From sequence record PX436236.1: 64,000 nucleotides of DNA, one strand, 5' to 3'. A program made the position numbers and the translations under genes. Source of the stretch: a phage. Under the pieces are notes generated by a model. It worked only from the letters and a program-made list of their open reading frames with translations, was not told the origin of the DNA and did no database searches. Shown one piece after another: positions 9,274-20,042 of this stretch (position 1 is its first letter; every line of letters begins with the position of its first letter).

Positions 9274-9277
9274 AATA
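9270..9277 (+). promoter_or_regulatory. Late promoter TATAAATA for genes 51-27-28-29-48-54
   Basis: Plus-strand TATAAATA about 21 nt upstream of the gp51 ATG; overlaps the divergent minus-strand copy. Confidence 0.7.
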
Positions 9278-9297
9278 CATCAATAAGAGGACACCCT

Positions 9298-10050
9298 ATG
9301 GCTAATATAGTACGTTGTGAAATGCCTGATGGAGTCCACCGATTTAAACCTTTTACAGTAGCTGATTATCGTGATTTTATTTTGATTCGAAATGACATGA
9401 ATAATAAATCGCCTGAAGAGCAAAAACAAATTTTAGATGAGTTACTGGAAGAATACTTCGGTGAATATCCTATGTCATGGCGCCCATATATGTTCATTGA
9501 ACTTTATACGTCATCACTCGGCAAGACCAAAATTCCTATCCGATACACTTGTAGTAAGTGTGAAAAGGATAGACAAGTTTTATTCAATTTGAAACAGACC
9601 AAGTTAGATAATCCCACAATTGAAGTGGCCGGCTTGAAGCTAACATTCAAATTTCCGGAAATAGAATATCAAGACAAATCCGAATTGATTCTGAACACCC
9701 TCCAAACCGTGGAAGATGAAAACGGGAAATATAATTGGACTGACCTTTCTGAAGAAGACCAATTAGCCGTAATAGATGCTATAGACTTATCCACTTTAGA
9801 GGATATAGTCAAACAAACTAGCCCTATTAATTTTGAACTAAAATATGGATGCTGTAATCGTAGAACAATTACGTATACCGATATTTTAGAGGTGTTTAAG
9901 CTTATAGTCAACCCGGATGAGATATTTTTATTTTACCAAATAAACCATTTACTGGTAAAGAACAATTATTCATTAGAAAGCATTATGCAGATGATTCCAA
10001 TCGAACGCGGTATTGCTTTGTCTTTGGTTGAAAAGGACCTTAAGAAATGA
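9298..10050 (+). CDS. 51: Baseplate hub assembly protein gp51
   Basis: 250 aa from ATG with RBS AGAGGA (track ORF uses upstream TTG); T4 gene 51 position. Confidence 0.7.
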   Translation: MANIVRCEMPDGVHRFKPFTVADYRDFILIRNDMNNKSPEEQKQILDELLEEYFGEYPMSWRPYMFIELYTSSLGKTKIPIRYTCSKCEKDRQVLFNLKQTKLDNPTIEVAGLKLTFKFPEIEYQDKSELILNTLQTVEDENGKYNWTDLSEEDQLAVIDAIDLSTLEDIVKQTSPINFELKYGCCNRRTITYTDILEVFKLIVNPDEIFLFYQINHLLVKNNYSLESIMQMIPIERGIALSLVEKDLKK

Positions 10051-11216
10051 GTTCAAAAACTATGCAACGTGAAGGCTTTCCTAATATTAGTATACGCCTT
10101 TACGAAGATTATGACGCCTGGTTAGAGCATCGTTTTGTTGAACTAGGCGCGACATTTACTACTCTAACAATGCGAGATGGGCTTTACGGTAGTAATGAAG
10201 GGTTGCTTCAGTTTTATGATGCAAAGAACCTTCATACTAAAATGGATGGTGAGCAGATTATTCAAATTTCTGTTAAGAATGCTAACTCTGAACGTACCCA
10301 ATCAAGAATTTATGGAAGTAAACACTTTGCTGTAGGAGTGGATTCGAAGGGCGACAATATCATAACAATACAACTCGCCCCAATCCACTTTTTAGAGAAT
10401 CTTAAATTTAGTCGTATGTTCTTCCCGAGTGTTCAAGAAACATTAACTGAAATGATTGGTGTTATTTATCAAGACCGTCCGCTTCTTGCTCCTCCTTTGA
10501 ACGGGATAAACGTTTACGTTCCTAATGTTCCTTGGTGTGATTCAATGGACCGTTATATGGAATTTGTACGAGAAGTAGGTATGGCCGTTGAATCTGATAA
10601 ATTTGTATTTGTCTGGGAAGATATAGATGGTATTTCTATCATGGACTACGAATTTATGGTTAACCAAGAGCCTATTAATTTTGTAGTGGGTGAGCCGCGA
10701 TTAATAGGTCAATACGTTCAAGATATGGATACACCTATCGCATTTGATTTTGAATGGTTAACTAAAGCCAACCAACATTCCAGAAAACCATATGAAAACG
10801 CTACTGTATACGCCCACTCTTTCTTAGACAAAAACGCCACACGAATTACTTTTGGTGACGGGCAAAACAGTATATTGGTTTCTCGCTCCGGTGGATATTC
10901 TGATTATACCTACCGAAACGGTTTTGAAGAAGCCGATAGATTAGTTACTATGGCCCAATACGATGGATACGCTCATTGTAAGGTATATGGTAACTTTGAA
11001 CTAACTCCAGGCGATAAGATTAATTTCTATGACCCTAAAAACCAATTCCAGTACGATTTTTATGTAGACGAAGTTATTCATGAAGTGAGTAACAATACAT
11101 CAATTACAAACCTTTATATGTTTACTAATGGTAAGCCTATTAAGATTGAAGAACCGCCGAAGGTTAAAAATGAACTTAAAACTGATACTCCCGATCAAGA
11201 AAATAACGCTGGGTGA
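10047..11216 (+). CDS. 27: Baseplate hub protein gp27
   Basis: 389 aa (T4 gp27 is about 391 aa); ATGA overlap with gene 51. Confidence 0.8.
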   Translation: MSSKTMQREGFPNISIRLYEDYDAWLEHRFVELGATFTTLTMRDGLYGSNEGLLQFYDAKNLHTKMDGEQIIQISVKNANSERTQSRIYGSKHFAVGVDSKGDNIITIQLAPIHFLENLKFSRMFFPSVQETLTEMIGVIYQDRPLLAPPLNGINVYVPNVPWCDSMDRYMEFVREVGMAVESDKFVFVWEDIDGISIMDYEFMVNQEPINFVVGEPRLIGQYVQDMDTPIAFDFEWLTKANQHSRKPYENATVYAHSFLDKNATRITFGDGQNSILVSRSGGYSDYTYRNGFEEADRLVTMAQYDGYAHCKVYGNFELTPGDKINFYDPKNQFQYDFYVDEVIHEVSNNTSITNLYMFTNGKPIKIEEPPKVKNELKTDTPDQENNAG

Positions 11217-11697
11217 CAAAGAGATTTCCATTCCTAAATTGGGTCTTAAACACCAGAAATTGGTTAAAGATGAAAAGGACCCTTACAAGGCCCTCTATAT
11301 GACAATGGAATCCATTTGTAAAGGACTGTCTGCAGCAGAAACAGATTTTGCTGCTTTACACCTTTTAGAATTCAACGGACGATTAAAAGAAAAAGTAACT
11401 AAAGATGGATTCACATATAATTTAAATGACCTTTATATTTGCCAACGACTTGAATTCCAGTTCCAAGGTAAGACATTTAAATTTAAATCACACGAACCAT
11501 TTCAAACATTTGGTCCTGTTGATAGTGTACTACAATCTCTTTATCTTGGTGATGATGTACCAGATTTTCTGGATATGCCTGCCTTTGTTGCTACATGGGC
11601 CGACGATATAACTTCTACTGTAGCTATCCCTGGTCCTAATGGTCCTATCAAAGGATTGCTTAAAATCATGGATATCTTAAATGAAGAACGAATCTAA
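11170..11697 (+). CDS. 28: Baseplate hub distal protein gp28
   Basis: 175 aa from internal ATG (T4 gp28 is about 177 aa); overlaps the gp27 3-prime end. Confidence 0.65.
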   Translation: MNLKLILPIKKITLGDKEISIPKLGLKHQKLVKDEKDPYKALYMTMESICKGLSAAETDFAALHLLEFNGRLKEKVTKDGFTYNLNDLYICQRLEFQFQGKTFKFKSHEPFQTFGPVDSVLQSLYLGDDVPDFLDMPAFVATWADDITSTVAIPGPNGPIKGLLKIMDILNEERI

Positions 11698-13417
11698 TCA
11701 GAATAGTTTTCGTCGCAATAAACTGATTGAAGAAATGGCTCCTCAGCGTCGTGCTGAGGCGCTAGCCCAAACTCAGAACGACGAATTAGGAAATATATCA
11801 GATGTTTTATCCGATTCCCAGGCGGCGTCTGAATTGCTCTCTGAAGTTGTTGAGACAAAGTCTAACCAGATTATTAATTCTGTAGACCGAGTAGACAAAA
11901 GCGTCCAAGATGTTGTCGCTGGAACAGAATTAACGGCTGAAGCCATATCAGAACAAACCCAACAGTCTAAAGCTCTTTCGGATGCATTAAACGAAAAGAT
12001 TAATAAGCTTTCTAATATGTTGGAGGCTAAATTTTCTGGTATTTCTATTCCACCGGAAGGGAGCTCATTAAAGGTTATTGAAGACTCTATTCCAGAAGAA
12101 CCTAAGGCCGAAACTCCTAAAGTTCCTGCTGTTGTTGAAGATATTCTTCCACCTGAAGATAATAAACCTGACGCCGAATTTATGCCTGAGCCTCCTAAAA
12201 ATTCAGATGAAGGTAAAGAAGGTGATAAGACTTCTCTTTCCGAGAAAATCGAAGCCCTTACTAAAATAACTGAAAAGGGATTTAAAGCTTCTATAGGCGT
12301 CGCTGATAGAATTTCAGGCATGCTTTTTAAGTATACCATTACCGCTGCCGCTGAAGCTGCTAAACTCGCAGCAGGTTTAGTCCTTTTAATATTTGGTATA
12401 GATGCCATTCGCGTATACTTCCAATATTTCATGGACCAATTTGAGTCAGGGTGGAAAGAATTTAACGATAAGTTTAAAGAGTGGGGACCATTACTTGAAG
12501 GGCTAATGACATGGGCCAAGAATGCTGAAGCCATGTTTAGTGAAGGAAACTGGTTAGGTCTGGCTGAAGCTATTATTCGTGGTATGGTTAATCTTACCAA
12601 AAATATGGCACAACTTTTAATGCTTGGTATTTCTAAGTTGATTTCTGCTATTTTAAGTAAAATACCTGGTATGGGTGATTTAGCTGAAAACGTAGAGGCT
12701 TCTGCTTTAATGTCATATCAGCAAAATACCGGAGCCACTTTGGACGATGAAGACCAAACTAAAGTGGCCAAGTACCATGATAGACGTTCAGCCGAGGCTT
12801 TAGAAACAGCCGAGAAAATGAATAAGAAGTATAAGGATAAACCTGAGCTTATAAACCAGGCAGAGAAATACGGTAATCTTACTAAAGAACAAGCCGACCA
12901 ATTACGCGCAGGTGGAATTGACACAAGCTTCCGTGACCTCCCTGAAGAAGAACGTTTAGAGTATTTCAAGAAACGTGATAAAGCTCAGGCTGATATTATT
13001 CGTTTGACACAAACCGCTGATAATATAATGAAGCCAGATTCTAAAGATATCGAAAATGCTAAAGCATTTAAAGCTGATATCGAGAAACAATTGGCCGACC
13101 CTATTATGGCTAAAGGTGGGGCACCGAAAGACCTTAATATCCAGCAATTACTTGATAAGATGAATAAATCTTTAGAGAAATTTAATGAAGCTGAAAAGCC
13201 TAAACCTGCTTCTGTAGCGGAATCTCCTGAAAATACCCAGGTTAAAAAGGTTGATGAGCAAATGAGAGCAAAGGAAAATGCTAAATATAGTCAGCAAGCT
13301 CCAACTCAAATAAATCAGCAAACGAATATCAAGAAAACGAGTAAGACAAGCTATAATATGCCCCCACAGTCCTCTACTCCTGCTCCTGGTATGCGTCAAG
13401 CTACTAAAGTTAATTAG
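11681..13417 (+). CDS. 29: Baseplate hub / tail length determining protein gp29
   Basis: 578 aa; extended, coiled-coil-like and low-complexity; T4 gp29 size and position. Confidence 0.8.
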   Translation: MKNESNQNSFRRNKLIEEMAPQRRAEALAQTQNDELGNISDVLSDSQAASELLSEVVETKSNQIINSVDRVDKSVQDVVAGTELTAEAISEQTQQSKALSDALNEKINKLSNMLEAKFSGISIPPEGSSLKVIEDSIPEEPKAETPKVPAVVEDILPPEDNKPDAEFMPEPPKNSDEGKEGDKTSLSEKIEALTKITEKGFKASIGVADRISGMLFKYTITAAAEAAKLAAGLVLLIFGIDAIRVYFQYFMDQFESGWKEFNDKFKEWGPLLEGLMTWAKNAEAMFSEGNWLGLAEAIIRGMVNLTKNMAQLLMLGISKLISAILSKIPGMGDLAENVEASALMSYQQNTGATLDDEDQTKVAKYHDRRSAEALETAEKMNKKYKDKPELINQAEKYGNLTKEQADQLRAGGIDTSFRDLPEEERLEYFKKRDKAQADIIRLTQTADNIMKPDSKDIENAKAFKADIEKQLADPIMAKGGAPKDLNIQQLLDKMNKSLEKFNEAEKPKPASVAESPENTQVKKVDEQMRAKENAKYSQQAPTQINQQTNIKKTSKTSYNMPPQSSTPAPGMRQATKVN

Positions 13418-13425
13418 GATTAATA

Positions 13426-14514
13426 ATGAAAGTAAAAGAACTTGACTTTGATGTAGCCTCCTTGTTTAAAGGAGGTTCAAAGACCTCCGCAGGTCAATCT
13501 AAAACACCACCAATAAAAACCACGGTAACCGCTCAGTATCCAGCTGAGCGGGCTTCAGGTAATGATACCTCAACCGATATGGTATTAAACGACCTCTATA
13601 AAAATGGATTGCTTTTTACCGCATATAATTTTAGTTCTCGTGTATCTCCGGATTTGCGTAACGACCGTTCGAGTCAAATGACTAAAAAGTTCTCAAGTGC
13701 AGCCAGCAAATTAACAGGCAATAGTGGAACATATAGTGCTGTTAAAAACTTATTTGGTGGAAATACTAAGGGCGTTAAATTTGATACCCAAGCCTTAGCT
13801 AATATCCTTTTACCTCGTTCTAAATCTGATGTGGATTCCGTGTCACATAAATTTAATGATGTTGGTGAGTCCTTAATTACTAAAGGCGGTGGTACTGCTA
13901 CAGGTATTTTAAGTAACGTTGCTAGTACCGCGGTATTTGGTGCATTAGAATCTGTGACCAACGGCGTAATGGCTGATTCAGGCGAACAGATATACACTAC
14001 AGCTCGTAGTATGTACGCCGGTCCGGATAACCGTACTAAGGTATTCACTTGGGAAATGACTCCACGAAATGCCCAAGACCTTATCCAGATTATTAAAATA
14101 TACGAAATCTTCAACTATTATTCTTACGGCGAAACGGGTAATTCGGCTTTCGCAGGTGAATTAAAAGAGAAGATTGATACTTGGTATCGTTCTACATTTA
14201 AAAAAGAAGCTATTGACAAGTTTGATGGTAAGCTATTAGGGGAAAGTATTACAAGCTTCCTTTCTAATGTTATTGTGGTAAGTAACCCAACCATTTGGTA
14301 TATCCGAAACTTTGGTGATAGCAGTTCATATGATGGTCGTGAAGATATTTTTGGCCCATGCCAAATCCAGAGTATCCGTTTTGATAAAACTCCGGACGGT
14401 CATTTTAACGGATTGGCTATTGCTCCTAACTTACCATCTACGTTTAGTTTAGAAGTTACTTTCCGTGAAATTATTACTCTGAACCGTGGCTCACTTTATA
14501 CGGAAGGATTCTAA
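13426..14514 (+). CDS. 48: Baseplate tail-tube junction protein gp48
   Basis: 362 aa (T4 gp48 is about 364 aa); synteny. Confidence 0.8.
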   Translation: MKVKELDFDVASLFKGGSKTSAGQSKTPPIKTTVTAQYPAERASGNDTSTDMVLNDLYKNGLLFTAYNFSSRVSPDLRNDRSSQMTKKFSSAASKLTGNSGTYSAVKNLFGGNTKGVKFDTQALANILLPRSKSDVDSVSHKFNDVGESLITKGGGTATGILSNVASTAVFGALESVTNGVMADSGEQIYTTARSMYAGPDNRTKVFTWEMTPRNAQDLIQIIKIYEIFNYYSYGETGNSAFAGELKEKIDTWYRSTFKKEAIDKFDGKLLGESITSFLSNVIVVSNPTIWYIRNFGDSSSYDGREDIFGPCQIQSIRFDKTPDGHFNGLAIAPNLPSTFSLEVTFREIITLNRGSLYTEGF

Positions 14515-15443
14515 TGTATACTTTACAAGAATTTCAGAATCAGGCAATTAATATTGACCTACAAAGGAATAACCTGTTTAGTGTGGTATTTGCCACAGTT
14601 CCTTCTTCTAAATCTCAGACGCTCCTCGACCAGTTCGGTGGAGCTTTATTTAACAATATCCCATTGAATAGCGATTTGTTTGGTATTACACAAGGAGAGT
14701 TGACCCAAGGTGTTACGACATTAGTGACAGCGGGCACTCAGAAGTTGATTCGTAAGTCAGGCATAAGTAAATATTTGATTGGAGCTATGTCATCCAGGGT
14801 TGTGCAGAGCTTACTAGGAGAGTTTGAAGTAGGTACATATCTGATGGATTTTTTCAATATGGCCTATCCTACGGCAGGTCTTTTAGTCCACGCCGTTAAA
14901 ATCCCGGATAATACTTTGAACTATGAAATGGATTTGAACCACAACTCACCTAACATCAAAATTACCGGAAGAGAATATTCTCCATTAGTATTAAGCTTCC
15001 GTATGGATTCTGAAGCTGCTAACTACCGTGCTTTTAATGATTGGGTCAATAGTGTTCAAGACCCTATTACACAATTAAGAGCATTACCGGAGGATGTTGA
15101 AGCTGACATTCAAGTCAACCTTCATTCCCGTAATGGATTACCACATACGGTAGTAATGCTTAATGGTTGCGTTCCAATGAGCGTATCTTCCCCGGAATTA
15201 TCTTACGACGGTGATAACCAAATTGCTTCATTTGATGTTACATTTGCTTATAGAAGTGTACAGACTGGTGCAGTTGGCAAACAAGCTGCTTATGAATGGT
15301 TGGAAGATAAAGTCCTTAAAGGCGTGGCGGGTATAAGTGAGAGCAATTCCCTGAGTTCTTCAGTAGCTAAATTAAGCCGACTTTCAGGAGCTTCTAGTGG
15401 ATTAACAGGATTGGTTAATAGTGGAATATCGAGGTTGTTATAA
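14514..15443 (+). CDS. 54: Baseplate tail-tube initiator gp54
   Basis: 309 aa; TAATG overlap with gene 48; T4 position. Confidence 0.8.
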   Translation: MYTLQEFQNQAINIDLQRNNLFSVVFATVPSSKSQTLLDQFGGALFNNIPLNSDLFGITQGELTQGVTTLVTAGTQKLIRKSGISKYLIGAMSSRVVQSLLGEFEVGTYLMDFFNMAYPTAGLLVHAVKIPDNTLNYEMDLNHNSPNIKITGREYSPLVLSFRMDSEAANYRAFNDWVNSVQDPITQLRALPEDVEADIQVNLHSRNGLPHTVVMLNGCVPMSVSSPELSYDGDNQIASFDVTFAYRSVQTGAVGKQAAYEWLEDKVLKGVAGISESNSLSSSVAKLSRLSGASSGLTGLVNSGISRLL

Positions 15444-15450
15444 CAAAAAA

Positions 15451-15468
15451 GGAGAGCATATGCTCTCC
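15451..15468. terminator. Bidirectional terminator (perfect 18-nt palindrome)
   Basis: GGAGAGCATATGCTCTCC flanked by an A6 run and T-rich sequence, between convergent gene 54 (+) and a small minus-strand ORF. Confidence 0.7.
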
Positions 15469-15477
15469 TTTAGGGGT

Positions 15478-15768
15478 TTATTTACGGAACGAAATGAAAC
15501 CTGCTGTGGTCATTAGTGGTTGCTTTTTAACAAACACCGTAACCGAAATAGGAGCTTCGGATTCGAGTTGTCCTGTCACTACACCGTTAAAAATGTTTTC
15601 GGTTTGTTCTGGATAAGAAAAATTCTCAACAGGTCGGATATCAAACTGTTTGTCTTCACCGAAAACTCGACGTAATTCATTACCCACTGCACTGTCAAAC
15701 TCTTCAGAAGCAGGGATAACGTTTTCAACTACCAGTTCTTGACCATTAAAACGGAATGCAGATTTCAT
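15478..15768 (-). CDS. Hypothetical early protein downstream of alt (alt.-1 position)
   Basis: 96 aa; own early-type promoter and RBS GAGGAGAACATT upstream. Confidence 0.55.
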   Translation of the reverse strand: MKSAFRFNGQELVVENVIPASEEFDSAVGNELRRVFGEDKQFDIRPVENFSYPEQTENIFNGVVTGQLESEAPISVTVFVKKQPLMTTAGFISFRK

Positions 15769-15796
15769 AATGTTCTCCTCATGTTTGTGTAAGGTA

Positions 15797-15826
15797 ATAG
15801 TACCACATCCTTGTGGTGTTGTAAAC
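15797..15826 (-). promoter_or_regulatory. Early sigma70-type promoter (GTTTAC-N18-TACTAT)
   Basis: Minus-strand -35-like GTTTAC and -10-like TACTAT about 25 nt upstream of the 96-aa ORF start. Confidence 0.55.
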
Positions 15827-17949
15827 TACATTTTGAATTTATTTGATAAAGAAGAGATATCCAAAGACGCTGCAAGGATTTCCATAGCCTCGTTGCTTTC
15901 AGAAACAGATTCATTAACCAAGAATTGACTGAACCCATCCATCAGGCGAACTTCACCAGTTTCCATCAAATGGTCACCATCGTAAACAGATTCGCTGAGC
16001 TCTGAAGGAGGCGTTACGGTAGCTTCCATAAGGTATTTGTGAGATACTCTATCATTCATGGCAAAAGCCGCTACTTTATCAACCTTCAACAATAATCCAC
16101 GCGGAAGGATAATTTCTGCTTCTTCGGCATATTCTGTAAGGTCACCAGGAGCGATAACTTTAACTGCTTCAGCACCTCGAATAACCATACCAATTTCAGC
16201 AATTCTATCTGCAGGACCTTCAGGTGCAATTGGATTACCAAACTCGTCTTCTTCCCATTCTACCTCTTCGTCATCGACTTCACCCACATCAGATGAACTA
16301 CCACTAGCCAATTTAAACAACTCATCAGCGGAGGACAAAGAACCTTCACCACCAACAAAAACGGCTTGGTTGTCGAGGGCCATATAATTTTTACCGAATT
16401 CACCAAAGATGTTAGGCTTTAATGAGGCTGACACAAAGTTCTTAAAGTAAAATGTTTTGTTATCGATATTATGGCGCAGAATTTTGTATGGCAAATCCTG
16501 ACCACGATACAAAATAGTACCCTTAGGAAGTTTAATACCCTTAGTAAATGCTGAGTCTAAATCCTTAATCAATTTAATAGCCGTTGTATTGTTTTCGGAT
16601 TCAGGTTTACCTAAAAGGAATAAGTTCATAGGAGCATATTCAGCCGCGCAATATTCAATAATAGCATTGCTTTCATCTTTGGTTAGGTCCTTAGGTTTAA
16701 TGAGCTCGCCTGAATAAGCATATGCATCACTAATAGAATCGTTAATCAGTTTATAAACGGCTTCCATAGCGAAAGCAATTCGAGATGCTTTCTCTGAAGG
16801 GGAACCCTTAAAACGGGTACTCAGGTTATTAACAATTTTCTTAATAATATCCAGACTATTGGTTGTATTGATTTGCGAAAGGCCACTTAAAAGTCTATCG
16901 ACTTCTGTATTAAAAAATGCCATATTATTAGAGTAAATTTCAAACCCTTGTTTATCTCTATTAGCATAATTTAGTTTAAATTTACTATCAGTCATTAAAG
17001 CGTGTGTGAGAGCAATAGTGTATCTAAAGTTGGCAAGGTCCTCGCTCTTAGATTTAAACTGAGAAGCCTGACGCATTTTAGTAATGGCACCTTTTTTAAA
17101 GTTCTGACTAATCTGTTCAATACCTTCGTTCTCAGGGCCTTCAGCCGTGTGAACCGGTACAGAAGCTTCAAACTCGTTATAAACCTGCAATTCTTTAGGG
17201 GACAAAGTTTCAGGCTCAGCAGTAGAATACTGCGCCGCCGCTGCCATACGACGCGAAATCTTAGTACGAGTAATGACAGCCTTATCAGTACGTTTCTCTT
17301 CAACTTGTGCAATAGATGCCGCTACGGCTTCGACCTTACTTACAGCCTGGCCGGTTTTCTTAGAAACATACACTTCGCCAACTTTAGACTCAACTTTAGT
17401 ATAAAGATCGGCATTAATTTCAGGCATACCCTTGATATCTTCAATATTAGCACCACGACGTACTAAAAGAACGTAGGTATGTTTTCCGCTGAATTGGAAC
17501 ATGTCGTCAACAACTTTAAACTTACCACCGGTACGAGCCATAGCCAAGCGAGCTAATACGCGCTGAACGGTAGGACCTTTACCTTTCATTTTCTTAGTAG
17601 GGAAACGGAACAAAACCGCGTCCATTTTAAGTTTGTTTATTTGTTCATATATGGTATCGAAAATGGTGTTCAGTGTACCGAGTGGATCGGTACCCAAACC
17701 ACCCTTGAGTTCTGCCGGGGCGCCTTTAGCAGATAAACTCATTAGGATGACATGGACGTACTTATCGCCTGGCTTAACCATTTTAATAGCGTCTCCTTGA
17801 GACGCATAAGATACCATACGAGCAACCAGATTATCATTACCTGGTGCTTGGATAGAGAAAATCTGTGGAATACCGGAACCCGGTTTAAGATTTGTTACTG
17901 GATAGTTTTTAGCGGAATCACTATCAAAAACCTCATTTAAATTTTCCAT
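15826..17949 (-). CDS. alt: Alt-like ADP-ribosyltransferase, paralog 1
   Basis: 707 aa; conserved N-terminal about 235 aa shared with the two upstream paralogs; C-terminal R-S-ExE ART motifs (LYRG, FVSASL, EAEIILPRG); N-terminal LNE gp21-protease-like site. Confidence 0.85.
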   Translation of the reverse strand: MENLNEVFDSDSAKNYPVTNLKPGSGIPQIFSIQAPGNDNLVARMVSYASQGDAIKMVKPGDKYVHVILMSLSAKGAPAELKGGLGTDPLGTLNTIFDTIYEQINKLKMDAVLFRFPTKKMKGKGPTVQRVLARLAMARTGGKFKVVDDMFQFSGKHTYVLLVRRGANIEDIKGMPEINADLYTKVESKVGEVYVSKKTGQAVSKVEAVAASIAQVEEKRTDKAVITRTKISRRMAAAAQYSTAEPETLSPKELQVYNEFEASVPVHTAEGPENEGIEQISQNFKKGAITKMRQASQFKSKSEDLANFRYTIALTHALMTDSKFKLNYANRDKQGFEIYSNNMAFFNTEVDRLLSGLSQINTTNSLDIIKKIVNNLSTRFKGSPSEKASRIAFAMEAVYKLINDSISDAYAYSGELIKPKDLTKDESNAIIEYCAAEYAPMNLFLLGKPESENNTTAIKLIKDLDSAFTKGIKLPKGTILYRGQDLPYKILRHNIDNKTFYFKNFVSASLKPNIFGEFGKNYMALDNQAVFVGGEGSLSSADELFKLASGSSSDVGEVDDEEVEWEEDEFGNPIAPEGPADRIAEIGMVIRGAEAVKVIAPGDLTEYAEEAEIILPRGLLLKVDKVAAFAMNDRVSHKYLMEATVTPPSELSESVYDGDHLMETGEVRLMDGFSQFLVNESVSESNEAMEILAASLDISSLSNKFKM

Positions 17950-17952
17950 TAT

Positions 17953-20034
17953 TTACCCTTGGATGAATTTTTCTGGGATGTCATAGAGGTCTATGCATGA
18001 AGCCAAAAGAGGCAGTACATCAAACCGTGTAGATTTAACAAATGAATCAAAAGATACAGGGCTTTCGGAAGTATCGAAGTCATCTTGATATACGACCAAC
18101 TCGCCGGTTTCCATTAGTACGTCACCATCATATACCACAGATTCTTGAAGCTCATCTGTTGTCATAACTTCAGCTTGGATGAGTTTTGTATTACTAGATG
18201 TTGTTCCATCATTATTAGAAGCATCTGTTATTTTATTAACTTTGACCATTAATCCACGTGGTAGAATAACTTCAGCTTCAGTTGCTATTCCGAGATTTCC
18301 TGGATATACGACATTAACTTTATGAGCTCCATCAATCGCCCATCCTATTTGAACTTTAACATAATCAGGATTTTCTTTATATGCTCTTATTTCATTAGGA
18401 TTAATAGTTATTCCTTCTTCATTTTTATCAACTGTCAATTCGTTGCGAACTTCCGGTTCTAAAAGACCAATACCAGCGTGCGTAACACCAAAACGTCCGA
18501 AAATTATAGGAGTTAAAGAAGTAGATACAAAATTTCTAAAATAAAACACTTTATTTTTAACTAGTGCTTCGTATATAGGAGCAGTCATACTCTGTGCACG
18601 ATAAACTGTAATGCCTTCCGGTATACGGTCACCATTTTCAAAAGCTGAATCTAAATTATTTACAGCGGATTCGATATCTTTTTCGCTCATAACCTCATAG
18701 TTCTGAGGATTATAACGTCCTAAAAGAAGATTATTTATGTCTGTATATCCTGAACCACAATATTCTCTGATACCACGCTTTTGTGATGGAGTATATTTAG
18801 AACCTTCACGAGCAATAGTAATATCAACCATAATACCACCACCCACACCAGCAAAACTATACACGCGTTTTTTAATGAACTTAGTCTTGGCTGCTTTCCA
18901 CTTGGCCTCTGTCAATTCGTTCCAAAGGTCATCAGGTTGGCCTTTACGAGTTCTGTTATGGATAGCCAGCCACTCGCCTTTATATTCTTCGAAAATGGTA
19001 TTAATAGCAGAGGCATATTTTTCTAGAGCTTTAACAGATGTCAAAGGTTCGTTTTTTATTGCTGTAAGAATTTTCTCTTTAATTTTCTCTTGGATTTCGC
19101 CAATACCGTGAAGTGGGAACATTTTATAATCGTAATGCAATTCTTCAGCAGTGCCTTCAGCCACTATATTAGCAACCTTATTTTTAGCCGCAGGAGAATT
19201 GTTATTAGTGACCATTTCCTGGGCCTCAGGGATTAATGGAACTGTTGCCGGTTTATTAAAATCTACTGCAGTAGCTTCATATTTCTTAAACAGCTCACTT
19301 TCATTACGATAAGATTCTAACGATTGACTTGCTGCAATAGCACGTCGAGAAATCTTAGTCTTGGTTATAACCATTTTATCAGTGCGACGTTCTTCAACCT
19401 TAGCAATACTACCGGCGATAGCAGTTTCTTTAGTAACCTGCACGCCTTCTTTTTTAGAAATATAAACTTCACCGACATCAGAATCTACCTTAGTATACAA
19501 TTCAGCATTAATTCCAGGCATACCTTTGATATCTTCTATATCAGCTTGTTTACGAACTACCAGGATGTAAGTATGTTTACCGGTAAATTGGTACATAGCC
19601 GGAACTACTTTAAAACGTCCACCTGTTTTCTGTGCTACCAAACGTTGGATAATCCGTTGAACGATAGGGCCTTGACCTTTCATTTTCTTAGTAGGGAAAC
19701 GGAACATCACGGCATCCATACGAAGCTTTTTAACTTGGTCATAAACCACATCAAAAATAGTATTAATCGCATCTACGGGAGTAGGGCCTAGGCCACCTTT
19801 AAGTTCGGCAGGCGAACCTTTAGCTGAAAGGCTCATAAGGATAACGTGGGCATATTTATCACCCATCTTAACCTGTTTAATAGCATCACCTTCAGAAGCA
19901 TAGGATACCATACGTGCTACTAACTGAGACTCCGCGTCTCCAATCTTCCAAATCTGAGGTACTTTAAGTTTTGGGTTCAAGTTCACAACAGGCAGTGTAC
20001 CTTCGGACTCGAACACTTCATTTAATTGGGTCAT
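17953..20034 (-). CDS. alt: Alt-like ADP-ribosyltransferase, paralog 2
   Basis: 693 aa; same N-terminal module; ART motifs VYRA, FVSTSL, EAEVILPRG; divergent middle and C-terminus. Confidence 0.85.
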   Translation of the reverse strand: MTQLNEVFESEGTLPVVNLNPKLKVPQIWKIGDAESQLVARMVSYASEGDAIKQVKMGDKYAHVILMSLSAKGSPAELKGGLGPTPVDAINTIFDVVYDQVKKLRMDAVMFRFPTKKMKGQGPIVQRIIQRLVAQKTGGRFKVVPAMYQFTGKHTYILVVRKQADIEDIKGMPGINAELYTKVDSDVGEVYISKKEGVQVTKETAIAGSIAKVEERRTDKMVITKTKISRRAIAASQSLESYRNESELFKKYEATAVDFNKPATVPLIPEAQEMVTNNNSPAAKNKVANIVAEGTAEELHYDYKMFPLHGIGEIQEKIKEKILTAIKNEPLTSVKALEKYASAINTIFEEYKGEWLAIHNRTRKGQPDDLWNELTEAKWKAAKTKFIKKRVYSFAGVGGGIMVDITIAREGSKYTPSQKRGIREYCGSGYTDINNLLLGRYNPQNYEVMSEKDIESAVNNLDSAFENGDRIPEGITVYRAQSMTAPIYEALVKNKVFYFRNFVSTSLTPIIFGRFGVTHAGIGLLEPEVRNELTVDKNEEGITINPNEIRAYKENPDYVKVQIGWAIDGAHKVNVVYPGNLGIATEAEVILPRGLMVKVNKITDASNNDGTTSSNTKLIQAEVMTTDELQESVVYDGDVLMETGELVVYQDDFDTSESPVSFDSFVKSTRFDVLPLLASCIDLYDIPEKFIQG

Positions 20035-20042
20035 AATCTATC

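Noticed and set aside
11773-12600. 275-aa minus-strand ORF inside gene 29
   Set aside because: Antisense to a conserved structural gene in a plus-strand late operon; low-complexity Ser/Leu-rich product.
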